Shown: one piece after another, positions 1-11,089 of the stretch
How positions within the stretch are numbered: position 1 is the stretch's first letter
Layout: every line of letters begins with the position of its first letter
Source: Octopus vulgaris
Lineage: Eukaryota
Length of the DNA stretch: 64,000 nt
Assembly (NCBI GenBank): GCA_951406725.2
Contig: OX597822.1
Span: forward strand, 50,654,001-50,718,000
Direction: 5' to 3'
Made by a program: the position numbers and the translations under genes
Notes under the pieces: model-generated
Seen by the model: the letters and a program-made list of their open reading frames with translations, nothing else
What the model was told of the DNA's origin: nothing
The model's database searches: none

Positions 1-111
1 ATATTTTCTCATTAATGTGACTGTCATAATTATGTTAGGAGGCCCTAATTATCTTTATGTATACATGTATGTATGCATGTATGTAGGTATGTCACCAACC
101 GATCATGACCG

Positions 112-317
112 CTGCCAGCTTCACCTGGCACCTGTGCCGGTGGCACGTAAAAGTCACCCACTACACTCACGGAGTGGTTGGCGTTAGGAAGGGCATCCAG
201 CTGTAGAAATACTGTCAGATCAGACTGGAGCTAGATGGAGCCTCCTGGCTTCCCAGACCCCGGTCGAACCGTCCAACCCATACTAGCGTGTGTTGGACGT
301 TAAACGATGATGATGAT
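112..317 (+). mobile_element. 3' part of a SINE/RTE-tail-like retroposon
   Basis: Contains GGAGTGGTTGGCGTTAGGAAGGGCATCCAGCTGTAGAA and ends GGACGTTAAAC(GAT)n, a simple-repeat tail typical of RTE-mobilised repeats. Confidence 0.7.
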
Positions 318-330
318 ATATACATACATA

Positions 331-392
<62 letters not shown>

Positions 393-394
<2 letters not shown>

Positions 395-790
395 CATACA
401 AAATTTAGAGGACTGACCACGAAAAGTGGTAAGCCTATATGCTAAACGTAGACGTCAAATCGCCATTACCACGAAGAATGTTCTCAAGAAAAATCTCAGC
501 AAAAAAACAAAATGTAAAAATAAGCACGACAAATGAAAGCATACGATATAATATTTTCATTTGTCGTGCTTATTTTTACATTTTTTTTGCCGAGATTTTT
601 CTTGAGAACACATTCTTCGTAGTAATGGCGATTTGACATCTATGTTTAGCATAAAGGGTGTCCACTTTAGTGTTCATTCCTCTAAATTTTGTATGTACCA
701 CAATTTTTAATCTTCGGATTTAAAAAAAATGCTAAACCACTGGTTTTAATTGATTAATATCAAGTTCTTCCCTTATTATTTAATTTTATA
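393..790. mobile_element. Fold-back element: ~145-bp inverted repeat plus tail, PLE pseudo-LTR type
   Basis: 393-538 is the reverse complement of 555-697 (e.g. AAGCACGACAAATGAAA / TTTCATTTGTCGTGCTT) with a 16-nt spacer. Flanked by (TA)n and (CA)n. Related copies at 4406-4640 and 44960-45105. Confidence 0.7.
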
Positions 791-815
791 TTAACACATA
801 CACACACACACACAG

Positions 816-864
<49 letters not shown>

Positions 865-2289
865 CATATATAAATATGTGCGTGTCTATGTATGTATACA
901 TTTTCACGGGTACATGGATTAGATAAAAATGTTTCATATTTTATTGTGCAATCTTCTCAGAAGACAGCTAATCCATATTACACTTGTAGGAACTGGAGCT
1001 TATCGTGAATTATTTTTTAAATTAGTGAGGAAGACGAAATGTACTGAAATGGATTCACTAAATTGCATAGCTTCTGCTTTTCCCAGTAGTGATTAAATAA
1101 TTGAAAAAAATTAACCACAGTACATCAGGTGTTAGAAAACTTGAAGGAAATTTTGAATTAATGATTATTATGGTGTCTCTTTTCACCGTAGTAACATTAT
1201 GAATATTTTTAATTAGTTAATGACACCTGCGAGAATCTCATCATAGTAATCTACCTATTAGCGTTCGTTTATTTATCATTGATTTAAAATAAGATTATTT
1301 GTAGGCTCATTTCGTAGATACAGGAGTGAGAATTACGCACCTGATCAGCGGTCAACAACCTCAAGCACGTAAAACTCAATATCTATATTTTTCTACGCAT
1401 GAAGAGAAGACAAGATGTACTCACATCTATTTCATGTAATATAGAAGATACCTTAAGAAATGTAATATAAGTGTATTAAATCTATCATAGGTATTTAAGG
1501 AAAACCACACCATGCATAACAAATTATTGTGTCCCTGCATGACCGCAGTCTAATGACTGAAATAGACAAAAGATGCCGTCGACAGGCGCACGTTATAAAC
1601 AGTAATCCACACATTACAACCATTAATTTGTCTTTTATATTAACAGGGAAATCCATTTTTTTCGAAGGCTCTTTAGTTATCAATTAATATCGCAAGATGT
1701 TTTGCCCAAGTCGTTAGAGTGATGGGGCCATAGGCATAAAGATGTGGGTTCGACTCTTAGATACGTAACGCGTTTTCGCATTGATTAATGCATTTCATTC
1801 CTTGCTATTCAAATGTACTCCATTGAAAATGGTTACCAGTTGAGTAATTGTTAAGCCAAATGTACCCTCTGCTGTTACATCCTCGATGTTCCGTTGATTT
1901 CATAAGATGAGGTCAAGAGAGTATATCAGTAGAATTTTTTACACTGTTGAATTTTAAGCGTTATATTGTTTTTGTTTTGACTATTTTCTCTGTGCCATTT
2001 TTCAAGCTGCCTTTTAATATCTCACATGTTCAAAAGGAATACAAATTGACGTTTACACAGATTCTAAAATCATCTGTTTCCAAACTCTATCCAGATATAT
2101 TTTGATAGTCCAATAGCAAATTGCAGAGTCGGTTTGCACTGAATGATTGCAAAAGTAAAACATGTTCTTAAACTTATATCCTGTTGATTTAACCTAATAT
2201 TTTGATAGCGAGCCATTGTTTAGTTGCATAAGTGGAATTTTACCTTCATACTCTATTTATAAAATCATATCAATTTCAGATTTTGCAAT

Positions 2290-2482
2290 TTCAGACCAGC
2301 AATTTCAAAGGAGTGGGGCAAAGTCGATTACATCGATCCCGGAGATCAACTGGTTCTTATTTTACCAGCCCGGAATGGATGAAAGGCATGGTCTGTCTCG
2401 GTGGAATTTAAACTCAGACCGTATAGACGGACATGTCACTAAACATTTTGCCCACCGTGCTAAGTTCTCTGCTAGCTCGTTA
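2290..2482 (-). mobile_element. Degenerate SINE, type C
   Basis: Reverse complement matches the 13517-13748 family (GCCTTTCATCC central block). Confidence 0.7.
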
Positions 2483-2688
2483 TTTTAGTATCTAAAAACA
2501 TGTATTGCAAGGCAATTTTTGTTAAGCGGATTATTAAAAGGGTCGCTACAATTATGTTTGGTACCCATTTTCGTAATAATATTGAAATTTATTTGGTTGT
2601 AAGCGTCTATGAATAAGTTGTCTGAGAAAGGGAGAGGAATAACTTCGTTTAGTGACTCACAGACACATTCAGGTCTACGAATAAATAA

Positions 2689-2720
<32 letters not shown>

Positions 2721-2959
2721 GTGCGTGTGAGTGTGCGTGCGCGAGTGTGTGTGTGTGTGTTTGCGTGTAGTGTGATACATATTGTTGAGAAACAGCCGCT
2801 GTATTTACATCTGTCAGGTTGTAAAGAAATAGCAATCATTGGAAGTGCAGTGTTTGTCTAAGTCTGCTGTTGGAAAATTATAACTAACAATTCTTCCGTT
2901 CAGTTAAGTAATGTAGAACAAAACAAAAAAGGACAAAGATAAATTTCTATTTTAAAACA

Positions 2960-3325
2960 ATGATTTATACGAAAAAAATATTACATAGCTAGATTTTGTT
3001 TGGAGAATGATAATGTTAATGAGCTGCCTGTTAACGTCATCGACGATAATAAGAATAACAAAGTGGAGGAGGAGGAGAATGATCAGCTCCAACCCTGTCT
3101 TTCTTTTGTTGATGCTTCTGATCCATGGAATATGGAAGATATATGGGTTGGTGATACTTTTTGGAAACGGCGTACACAAAGATAACCGAAATATTATTGT
3201 TGACGCTCCTGGTGTCGTTAATTGTTTTGTTTATTGTAATGTATGTTATTGAATAGCATAGAGTTTTCATCGATGTTGATATAATCAACAGCGAAAATAA
3301 TCTGCAGGGAATATGCCGGTTATAA
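2960..3325 (+). pseudogene. Disrupted first coding exon of a type II membrane protein, neprilysin/ECE (M13)-like
   Basis: Acidic cytoplasmic segment ending DIWVGDTFWKRRTQ, then after a frameshift ITEILLLTLLVSLIVLFIVMYVIE (transmembrane), TAG at 3254, then NSENNLQGIC. W-x-x-R-T/N-x-x-E-x-x-L followed by a TM helix resembles ECE/Nep3 N-termini. Confidence 0.45.
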
Positions 3326-3721
3326 TATTATTCTCAAACATAAAAATAATTTTTTTCTACTACTTACATGTTCAATCGATTTTAAATATTTGAATACCGT
3401 AAGAAAAAATATTGAGTTATATCCTTGGAAATATTACTGCGCAAAGTTGGCATTAGACAACGAAATGTAATTTGAAAAACCTATACATAGAAATTGCTCT
3501 TGCATAAAAAATTATTCACGCTAAAAAGGAGACAAAATCCTGAAATTATGTATTAGTTTCAAACATATATGCAAAGCCTTATATTTCGGAGATGTTCAGT
3601 CTGTTATATGAAACATTGTCACTAGAACAAAACAAGTGAAGGTTAATAAAACACGGAAAGAATCCTTCTCCACATTAACAATTTAGCCAATTCATCAAAT
3701 AGGCAGACAGATGGGTCGATG

Positions 3722-3804
3722 AATAGATATATAGGTAAATATATAGATGGATATATAGACAAATAGACAGACAGGCAGGCAGACAGAGAGAGAGAGATAG
3801 ATAA

Positions 3805-3835
<31 letters not shown>

Positions 3836-3900
3836 CATACATACATACATTCATACATACATACATACATACATACATAGATCTTTAGATAGATATAGAC
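3722..3900. repeat. Compound (GATA)/(GACA)/(CATA) microsatellite
   Basis: Seen directly. Confidence 0.95.
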
Positions 3901-4405
3901 ATAACTGTGTGTTGTCAGTACTTACGCATCATTTCTCTTAGAAATAGAAATACACAATTTCTTTTTTGTACATCTGACTCTGTCCTAATTCGTCTCTTAA
4001 TTTGCTTATCTTTCGAAATCGTCCACGTACTCTCACTCTGTTCAAATGTGCATATGGCAACAAGGCAGTGACGAAGTTCTTTGTCGCTTAAACAAGACTA
4101 TTACAACTAAATCTATAATGAAGAATGTCAACGCTACTATGAGGCTATAAACAATGGCTTCTAGAATTTGTTTACTGCCCCAGGTGGTAAGGGGGGGTTA
4201 CTTAAATCGCCATAAACTGGGAATTTTCCAATAGTAAACGAGACAGCGAACTAACCAAAGGATGTGAACCATTTAGGAAAAGGTAATATATGAATGAAAA
4301 CTATCTTTTTTAATGTATGCGGTGTTTACCATGCCGCAAAATGCAAGCTAACTTTCAAAGTGGATCCTTTATATCTAGAAATCAATTAATTGTATTATAT
4401 ACATA

Positions 4406-4640
4406 TTAGAGGGAAACCACTATGTGGACACCCCTATGCTAGAAATAGATCCGCTATGGTCTTACCACTAAGAAATGTTGTCAACAAAAATTTAGTAAAA
4501 CAACCAAAACGTAATCGAGCAAGACAAAAGAAAAAGCAATAAAAATATGGATTGTTCGCTTACATGTCTCACTATTACCATATTAAGTGAGTTTACTTAC
4601 ATAAATGTCCGTAGATCATCGGTGTGACCGTCCAGATGAA
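4406..4640 (-). mobile_element. PLE-type pseudo-LTR tail with decayed hammerhead-like motif
   Basis: Similar to the 393-697 arms (TTAGAGG..CACTA..GTGGACACCC.TATGCTA). Minus strand reads CCGATGA...GAGACATGTA with a palindromic ACATGT. Confidence 0.55.
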
Positions 4641-4837
4641 TATAATTTGCAGGACTGCATGCTCGGACGTTCGCACAAAGTCAGACTTGTAAAACAGTCC
4701 TACCCATTACAATCGTGGCTACCATTTCAAATGTCCTCGTTTTGGCACGCTAAATTACCGGAAAAAATGATGCTGCAAATAATACTTTACTGGAGCGGTC
4801 TTTGCCGGTTAGAGAACGTATTAATTTAAATTTTAAG

Positions 4838-5434
4838 TTAAAATGAGGGTGAGAGATTAGATGCTTTGCTAAAATCTTCAAAGTATCTTTTCCTTACTAT
4901 AAGGGCAAGGGATTTTGTAGCATTTGCAACTCTGAACACTTCCATATTCTCTTCTCTAAGAATCACCTTGTTAACACACTTGTAGAGCGATCTTACAAAT
5001 GTAAACACTAGCAGAAACATACATTTAACTAATATAAGTGATTTCGCCAGTCTTTATAGTTTGAACAGTTAGTTTAACTTGCACTTTACTTCAATAGAGA
5101 AATCTACTTCTAAGACTTTGAACATTTTTTCAACCAACGTATCCCTCTTTATTAGTTCTCTACTTATTATTTCTTTAACCCTTCTCTTCCTAATATCTGC
5201 CTTTGACGTCAAATCTACTAACGGTTTTTTAAAATACTTAATAACGTTCTGTTTATCATTTAGGCAGTCATCGTAATTGTTATGGTGTCTTGTTGTTGAG
5301 ATAGGCTCCCTTTCTTTCCTGATCAGAAGATTACATTTTACACATCGTTTATTCTTTTGGAATAAAACCGATGTTGTCTTCGATACATATCTCGCAAGTA
5401 AAAACATTTTAATAACATCTTCGTTTAACTCCAT
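4838..5434 (-). pseudogene. RAG1-like/Transib-family transposase N-terminal remnant (RING, NBD, DDBD)
   Basis: Across frameshifts: ELNEDVIKMF-TCEIC...KRCVKC (RING-like); KKPLVDLTSKADIRKRRVKEI (RAG1 RQHLLSLTRRAQKHRLREL); KCMFLLVFTFVRSLYKCVNKVILREENMEVF (RAG1 [32 protein letters not shown]). Same order and similar spacing as RAG1. Confidence 0.55.
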
Positions 5435-5443
5435 TTATTTACT

Positions 5444-5505
<62 letters not shown>

Positions 5506-5513
<8 letters not shown>

Positions 5514-5660
5514 GTTAATCCAAACATGAAAACACAAAGAGAAAAGACAACAACGCAAGGATGTGGAACAAGTATAGTGTTATTGGACGCTCAGGAAAGG
5601 AAAGATCAATGGAAGAGAAGACGGAGGGAAAAATCGTCAACGATACACACGCGGTCACAT
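5506..5660 (-). mobile_element. Pseudo-LTR tail fragment related to 62090-62190
   Basis: Reverse complement contains TTCCTGAGCGTC...TTTTCAT as at 62101-62170. Lies between microsatellites. Confidence 0.5.
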
Positions 5661-5677
5661 ACACACGCACACACACA

Positions 5678-5732
<55 letters not shown>

Positions 5733-5734
5733 GA

Positions 5735-6072
5735 ATTTTTTGTGTAAAGAGATAAAAAACAAGGCTGTATCGATATTAGAGCATTTATACATAGAAGGTC
5801 TTACATCTGTTTCTAGAATATTAATTAATAATCATAATGAAGGGATATTATTATTAATTAATATTCTAGAAACAGCTGTAAGACATTCTATCTATAAATG
5901 CTCTAATATCTATACAGCCTTGTTTTTTTTTATATACATACGCTGACATAAAACCAACGTTGGACCCTTTATTCGCAATATTAGCGAATCTGGAACTTAA
6001 CTGCGGTCTGTCTATAGCACTTATTCAGCATTACCTGACACCATTGGGTCTCAATGACACCATTATCTCTAT
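5735..6072 (+). mobile_element. Fold-back PLE-derived element with hammerhead motif (family H1)
   Basis: Arms ~5755-5832 and ~5846-5930. Motif ATGAAGGGAT...GAAACAGCTGTAAGAC. Tail CCAACGTTG...GGGTCTCAATGACACCATT shared with 14090-14226. Confidence 0.75.
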
Positions 6073-6091
6073 TATATATATATATATATAC

Positions 6092-6210
6092 TCCCTTTTA
6101 CTCATTTACTTGTTTCAGTCATTTGACTGTGGCCATGTTGGAGTACCGCCTTTAGTCGAGCAAATCGACCCCAGCCTTATTCTTTGTAAGCCTAGTAATT
6201 ATTCTATGTG
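6092..6210 (-). mobile_element. SINE type A, 3' part
   Basis: TTTCAGTCATTTGACTGTGGCCATG...GTCGAGCAAATCGACCCC as in 7768-8232. Confidence 0.85.
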
Positions 6211-6239
6211 TGAGTGAGTAAATATATATATTCACACAC

Positions 6240-6287
<48 letters not shown>

Positions 6288-6293
6288 CACATA

Positions 6294-6547
6294 TTGTATT
6301 GGTGCATAATTATTGGGGATTTCTTTCAACAAATTTTATTCAACAAAACCAATAACAACATGTAACAAAAACATCTTTAAATGACTATTCCGGAGCATAT
6401 TCACCATCTACTTCAATTACTGCTTCCCATTTGCTCTGCAGAAGGTCAGACTATCATTTGAAGATGTTTTTATTATTAAATATTATTATTGATTTTGTTG
6501 AATAAAATTTGCTGAAAAAGATCTCAAATAATTATGCACCAACTCAA
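6294..6547. mobile_element. Mariner-derived MITE with long TIRs
   Basis: TTGTATTGGTGCATAATTATT / AATAATTATGCACCAACTCAA ends with TA on both sides. Minus strand keeps the transposase C-terminus LQSKWEAVIEVDGEYAPE*. Confidence 0.8.
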
Positions 6548-6562
6548 TATATTATATATACA

Positions 6563-6791
6563 CAGGATGTTGAAAAGATTTCTCTGCAGTAAGTAATTTA
6601 TTGCAAAATAAATATTAATAAGATGGTATAAGACTACAAACGAATATATTAGACTTTACAAGACTTTAAAAAAAGGATGATGTGTTGAAAGTGTCGTCCT
6701 TCATTTTCAATGCAAAAGTTCACTTTTCTAAACATGAAATACATCTTAAAGGGAAAAAAATTCACTACGGAGTGACTTTTTGAACACCCTG
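6563..6791. mobile_element. Tc1/mariner-superfamily MITE
   Basis: CAGGATGTTGAAAAG / CTTTTTGAACACCCTG-TA ends. Minus strand RKVNFCIENEGRHFQHII resembles a transposase C-terminus. Confidence 0.7.
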
Positions 6792-7529
6792 TATGTGTGT
6801 GTGTGTTAGGTTGCGTAATCTTCTCACTGACTACTTCACAGGGTTGAAGTGACTCTGCATGTCACCCTGTAGACTGTAATTGTTATTTTTACAGTTCAAG
6901 GCTATTTAACCTTTGAAAATTGTAAGTAGGTTTTGTGCATTATAAATGAAACTGTAAAGGACTTGTAAATACAGAGTAGCCTTCTTCAACTCGAAACGTT
7001 GATGACAGCGCTTGCAGGCACACTGTTCCTAATCATTCTACGTTGTATGAATTACTTTAGAACAAAAAATCAAAGCTAAATATTTGTGCGTGTGTGTGAA
7101 GCGATAAATTTGAGTAATGCAGGTTTTCTAGATTTCCAGCCCAGATTGCTATCGGAGGAGGTCGCTTTAATTGTTGCATCTGTTAAACAAGTGTCATCCA
7201 ATGTTTTACTGTAACTCAAAAGCTGACAGATCAGTGACAGTTAATTATCTTCCACTGAGCGAAGAAGATTAATATCACAACGCCAACGCAAACACATGCA
7301 TATCGTATATATTGCCTGTAAGCTGTTTAAACTATTTCATCATAAAAGTATGAAACATCAGCTGCGCAAGATTGAACAAAAAGCATTCCGTCTATATTTG
7401 CCAGAGAATTAGAGAAATAACATATTAGTAATTAGTATAAGAATGGAAATATTTTTGAGGGAGAAAATAGGAAATATCAAGCAGAGAAAGAAATAATTCA
7501 GAAATTATACTTATATACATTCGTTTATA

Positions 7530-7662
<133 letters not shown>

Positions 7663-7767
7663 ATACATGCGCTCTCTCTCGCACGCGCAAACATGAATAC
7701 AGGGTGTCCGAGAAAGATTTACTCATGTTTAAAACTCTTCCTAAAGAACATTGGTTCATGCGATAGT

Positions 7768-8000
7768 ATACTTTTTATTCTCTTTTACTCTTTTACTTCC
7801 TTCAGTCATTTGACTGTGGCCATGCCTCTAGTCGAGCAAATCGACCCCCAGGACTTATTCTTTCTAAACCTAGTACTTATTCTATCGGTCTCTTTTGCCG
7901 ATCCCCTAAGTTACGGGGACGTAAACACACAAACATCGGTTGTCAAGCGATGTTGAGTGGACAAACACAGACAGACAAACATATGCACACACATACATAC

Positions 8001-8066
<66 letters not shown>

Positions 8067-8232
8067 GACGGGCTTTTTTCCTTTTCCGTCTACGAAATCT
8101 ACTCACAAGGCTTTGGTCGGCCCGAGGCTATACTAGAAGACACTTGCCTAATGTACCAGGCGGTGGGACTGAAGCCGGAACCATGTGATTCGTAAGTAAC
8201 CTACTTACCACACTGCCGCTCCTACGCCTACA
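7768..8232 (-). mobile_element. SINE type A, full length (tRNA head, CORE-like block, internal microsatellite)
   Basis: Minus strand: A/B-box-like head, GGCAAGTGTCTTC block, internal (TA)n, (AAAAGAGT)n-like tail. Confidence 0.9.
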
Positions 8233-8607
8233 TCTTATATAAAGATTTGCATGTCTTTTCTTCACGTGTCTATTGTTTCGTTCGTCTATAACAGGTTTTT
8301 AAACAAACATGGTTTCCAAAGCGAAACATGACCAAATTTTTGCTAGCTGGTCTATCTTAGAGAGTAATTTGTCCTATTCAAACGTGTCAGATCTGAAGGA
8401 TGCCCTTCTGTCTTCATAGAACAAGTTGGAACAAGAGGTGGTAGGGCGTCAGGCAACTCAGTGACCACTCATTTCAGGCTATGATCAAGGCATGAACCTT
8501 GTCATTTTGAAATTTATTTACGGCAATGGTTTTATATTTTGCACTAGAACATGTGCCAAATTTCATTATACTTCCTTAGGTTATTTTTTAATAATTGAGA
8601 AATATCA

Positions 8608-8680
8608 ATGTATATAACGACACACATGTATATAACGACACACATGTATATAACGACACACATGTATATAACGACACACA
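8608..8680. repeat. 18-bp minisatellite x4 (ATGTATATAACGACACAC)
   Basis: Four consecutive identical units running into (CA)n. Confidence 0.95.
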
Positions 8681-8681
8681 T

Positions 8682-8757
<76 letters not shown>

Positions 8758-8802
8758 GTGTATGTGTGTATATATATATATATATATACATATATATGTA
8801 TG

Positions 8803-8846
<44 letters not shown>

Positions 8847-8847
8847 T

Positions 8848-10700
8848 GACCTCACAGTTTCGGTCAGCTAAAATATCATCAGACAGTAAAACATTTAGGT
8901 TTATCTTGGCTTTATATAATCTCTTTTAATATAAAATTCACCGAGTTTTTCTGATTTTTGGTGAATGATAACTATACCGTATATAAAGGTTTTGGTGTTG
9001 AGGCGCATCAGGGAATGTTTATTAATTAAAATTGCCTAGGTGCCCAATGGTTAAATGTTTTCATCCAAGTATAGCTTTGTAATTATTTGTATATGTTTAG
9101 TTGTGTCATCTTCAGGTCAAAGTGTTTTGCAAAAGAATGTTGTAAGGTTGTTAGTAGAAATGCCTCATGATTTGGTTCATGCGAGTATTATTAACATATC
9201 AATGGGATTTTTACTTTTCATTTTGAGTATATGAATGTTAAACTCTAGAGTTCACTCCAATGTTTTAAACTTAGGTAGGTGTGTTTTTCTAGTATGTAGT
9301 ATGATTGGTTCCTAAGGGTTCAAAAAAGAATGTAGGTGGGTGGTAGAGGCTTATTTACTTTGCACATTTGTAATATTTGTGATTTTTCCGTTTTATATTT
9401 AGAGAGTGTTGATTAACATTTAAGGATGTGACAGTGATATCAGTATGGAGATTGTTTTAAGCAAACGTTTTAATATTCACAAATGTATGTAGTTAAGTCT
9501 AAAGGTTGTTGGTCAGCATATTTGTCTGTAGTAGATCATCATTCTAGGAAAAAAGGTAACTCTGATTAAAGTAAAGTTAACAATAAAGTTTCCTTCTCGA
9601 ATCATACCGACTCACAAGGACCGACTCCCCGGTTTCTATGATGTATACATTTCCCACCTGGACGGGATGCCGCTCCGTTGCAGGATTACTCATTTATGCC
9701 AGATGAGTGTACTGGATTAATGTGCAGTGGAGTGTTTTGCTCAAAACAAAACGCGTCGCCCGGTCCAGGAATCGAAGCCAAAATCTTACGATCATGAGTC
9801 GAACACCCTAGCCACTAAGCCATATAGTAGAAGTAGGGTGGTAGGATAGAATATTTTCATATTTAGATGTTAGAGAAAGTCATAGGTTTGAAATATTTTA
9901 GTGTTAAAGGTTTTGTGCATACACGAGGAGATAAATTCGGAGATCCGGTTTAGAGTTTGGTTCTTCAAAGTAAGAATTTGTTTGTTCAAAGATATTATAG
10001 TTTATAAGTGTGTTCGTGTGTCAATATTGAGTAAATGGAGTATTTCTTGATTTTAATTCTTAGATAGAGTGGTGTAATTTTTCCTGTTAGAGTTCTGAAA
10101 CTATATATGTTGGTGGTATTGTGTTTCGAGCTGGTTTGTTATAGAGCTTAATGCAGAAGTAGTAGATGGTAGAGTATGCCTGGTTACTGTTGTGCTATAA
10201 AAAATATTTTTCTTTTCCAGACACCAAGATGGAGATATCCTAGAATTCCAAATATTGTAATTATTTGTGCGATTTTAGGTTATGGCTTTTGAGTGGATTC
10301 GGTGGTTATAATTAGAAATAATATTTTTTGAAAGTTTATGTTGTGATTGTTAACTAATTTGTGATACTTTTATTATGGCGGAAGCGATATCGGTGTATTG
10401 AGAAGAAAATTTGGCTATTGAAGAAAATAATTTTCCTTTTTTCTATTTTTATGTTCTTTGTTTTTGCGGGAGTGGAGTTGTTTATATATACTTCATCTTC
10501 TTTGTCTTCACTATTTTTGAGGGCTTTTTTCCATGACTATGTTTTCCTTATACAAAAAATTTCAAATGTAATATCAACCAATTATTGTTTCCTTTCCTCA
10601 CACGTATTCTCTCTAAGGACAATTGTCTATTTGCGTTAAGAAAACACAACCCACGAAAACGGATAAATTAAGAAAATAACTAATTGATTTTGTAAATAAA
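8848..10700 (-). mobile_element. Highly decayed Penelope-like element with terminal hammerhead motif
   Basis: Minus-strand peptides TRMNQ..TTLQHSFAKHF (GIY-YIG region) and NRISEFIS (RT region). CTGATGA...GAAACTGTGAGGTC at 8889 to 8848. Confidence 0.5.
9570..9822 (-). mobile_element. SINE type B (tRNA head, V/Meta-like central domain)
   Basis: Minus strand TGGCTTAGTGG and TTCGATTCC boxes plus GCATCCCGTCCAGGTGGG. Homologous to 11826-12095. Confidence 0.8.
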
Positions 10701-11046
10701 TTTCCCCTTTTCCATAGTAGTGACACACCGCTTAAATCTGTCAATTTCCTCGATGTTGTACTTGAGTTAGAGCCGAATATCAATATGGAAAGATAGCAGT
10801 AATGAAAACCATAGCAAGTCTGCATTCCCTAACTCGACGGGCATATAAAACCACCGCCTAAACTCAGGATCTTTGCGAGACACCACTTTATGTATCAATA
10901 TACCTGATGTGGCCCACAATGCAAAATGGATGCAACACATGTTCAACGGAGTCCCACCCATAAGGAACAGTAGGAGGATGAGTCGAAAGAATTCTTGTAC
11001 AAAATGAAGATTAATGCCAAATCTATCTTCTGGTTTCCTAAACAAC

Positions 11047-11083
<37 letters not shown>

Positions 11084-11089
<6 letters not shown>

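Noticed and set aside
3007-3252. 81-aa ORF with a signal-peptide-like stretch
   Set aside because: The alternative frames give a more coherent type II membrane N-terminus; this frame has no recognisable motif.
4418-4424. CACTATG, identical to a ProtoRAG/Transib-type heptamer, downstream of the RAG1-like remnant
   Set aside because: Similarity to the 393-697 family continues beyond it, and no partner TIR or TSD is seen, so it is probably coincidental.
8608-8680. CRISPR-like regular repeats
   Set aside because: Contiguous units with no spacers, in eukaryotic context.
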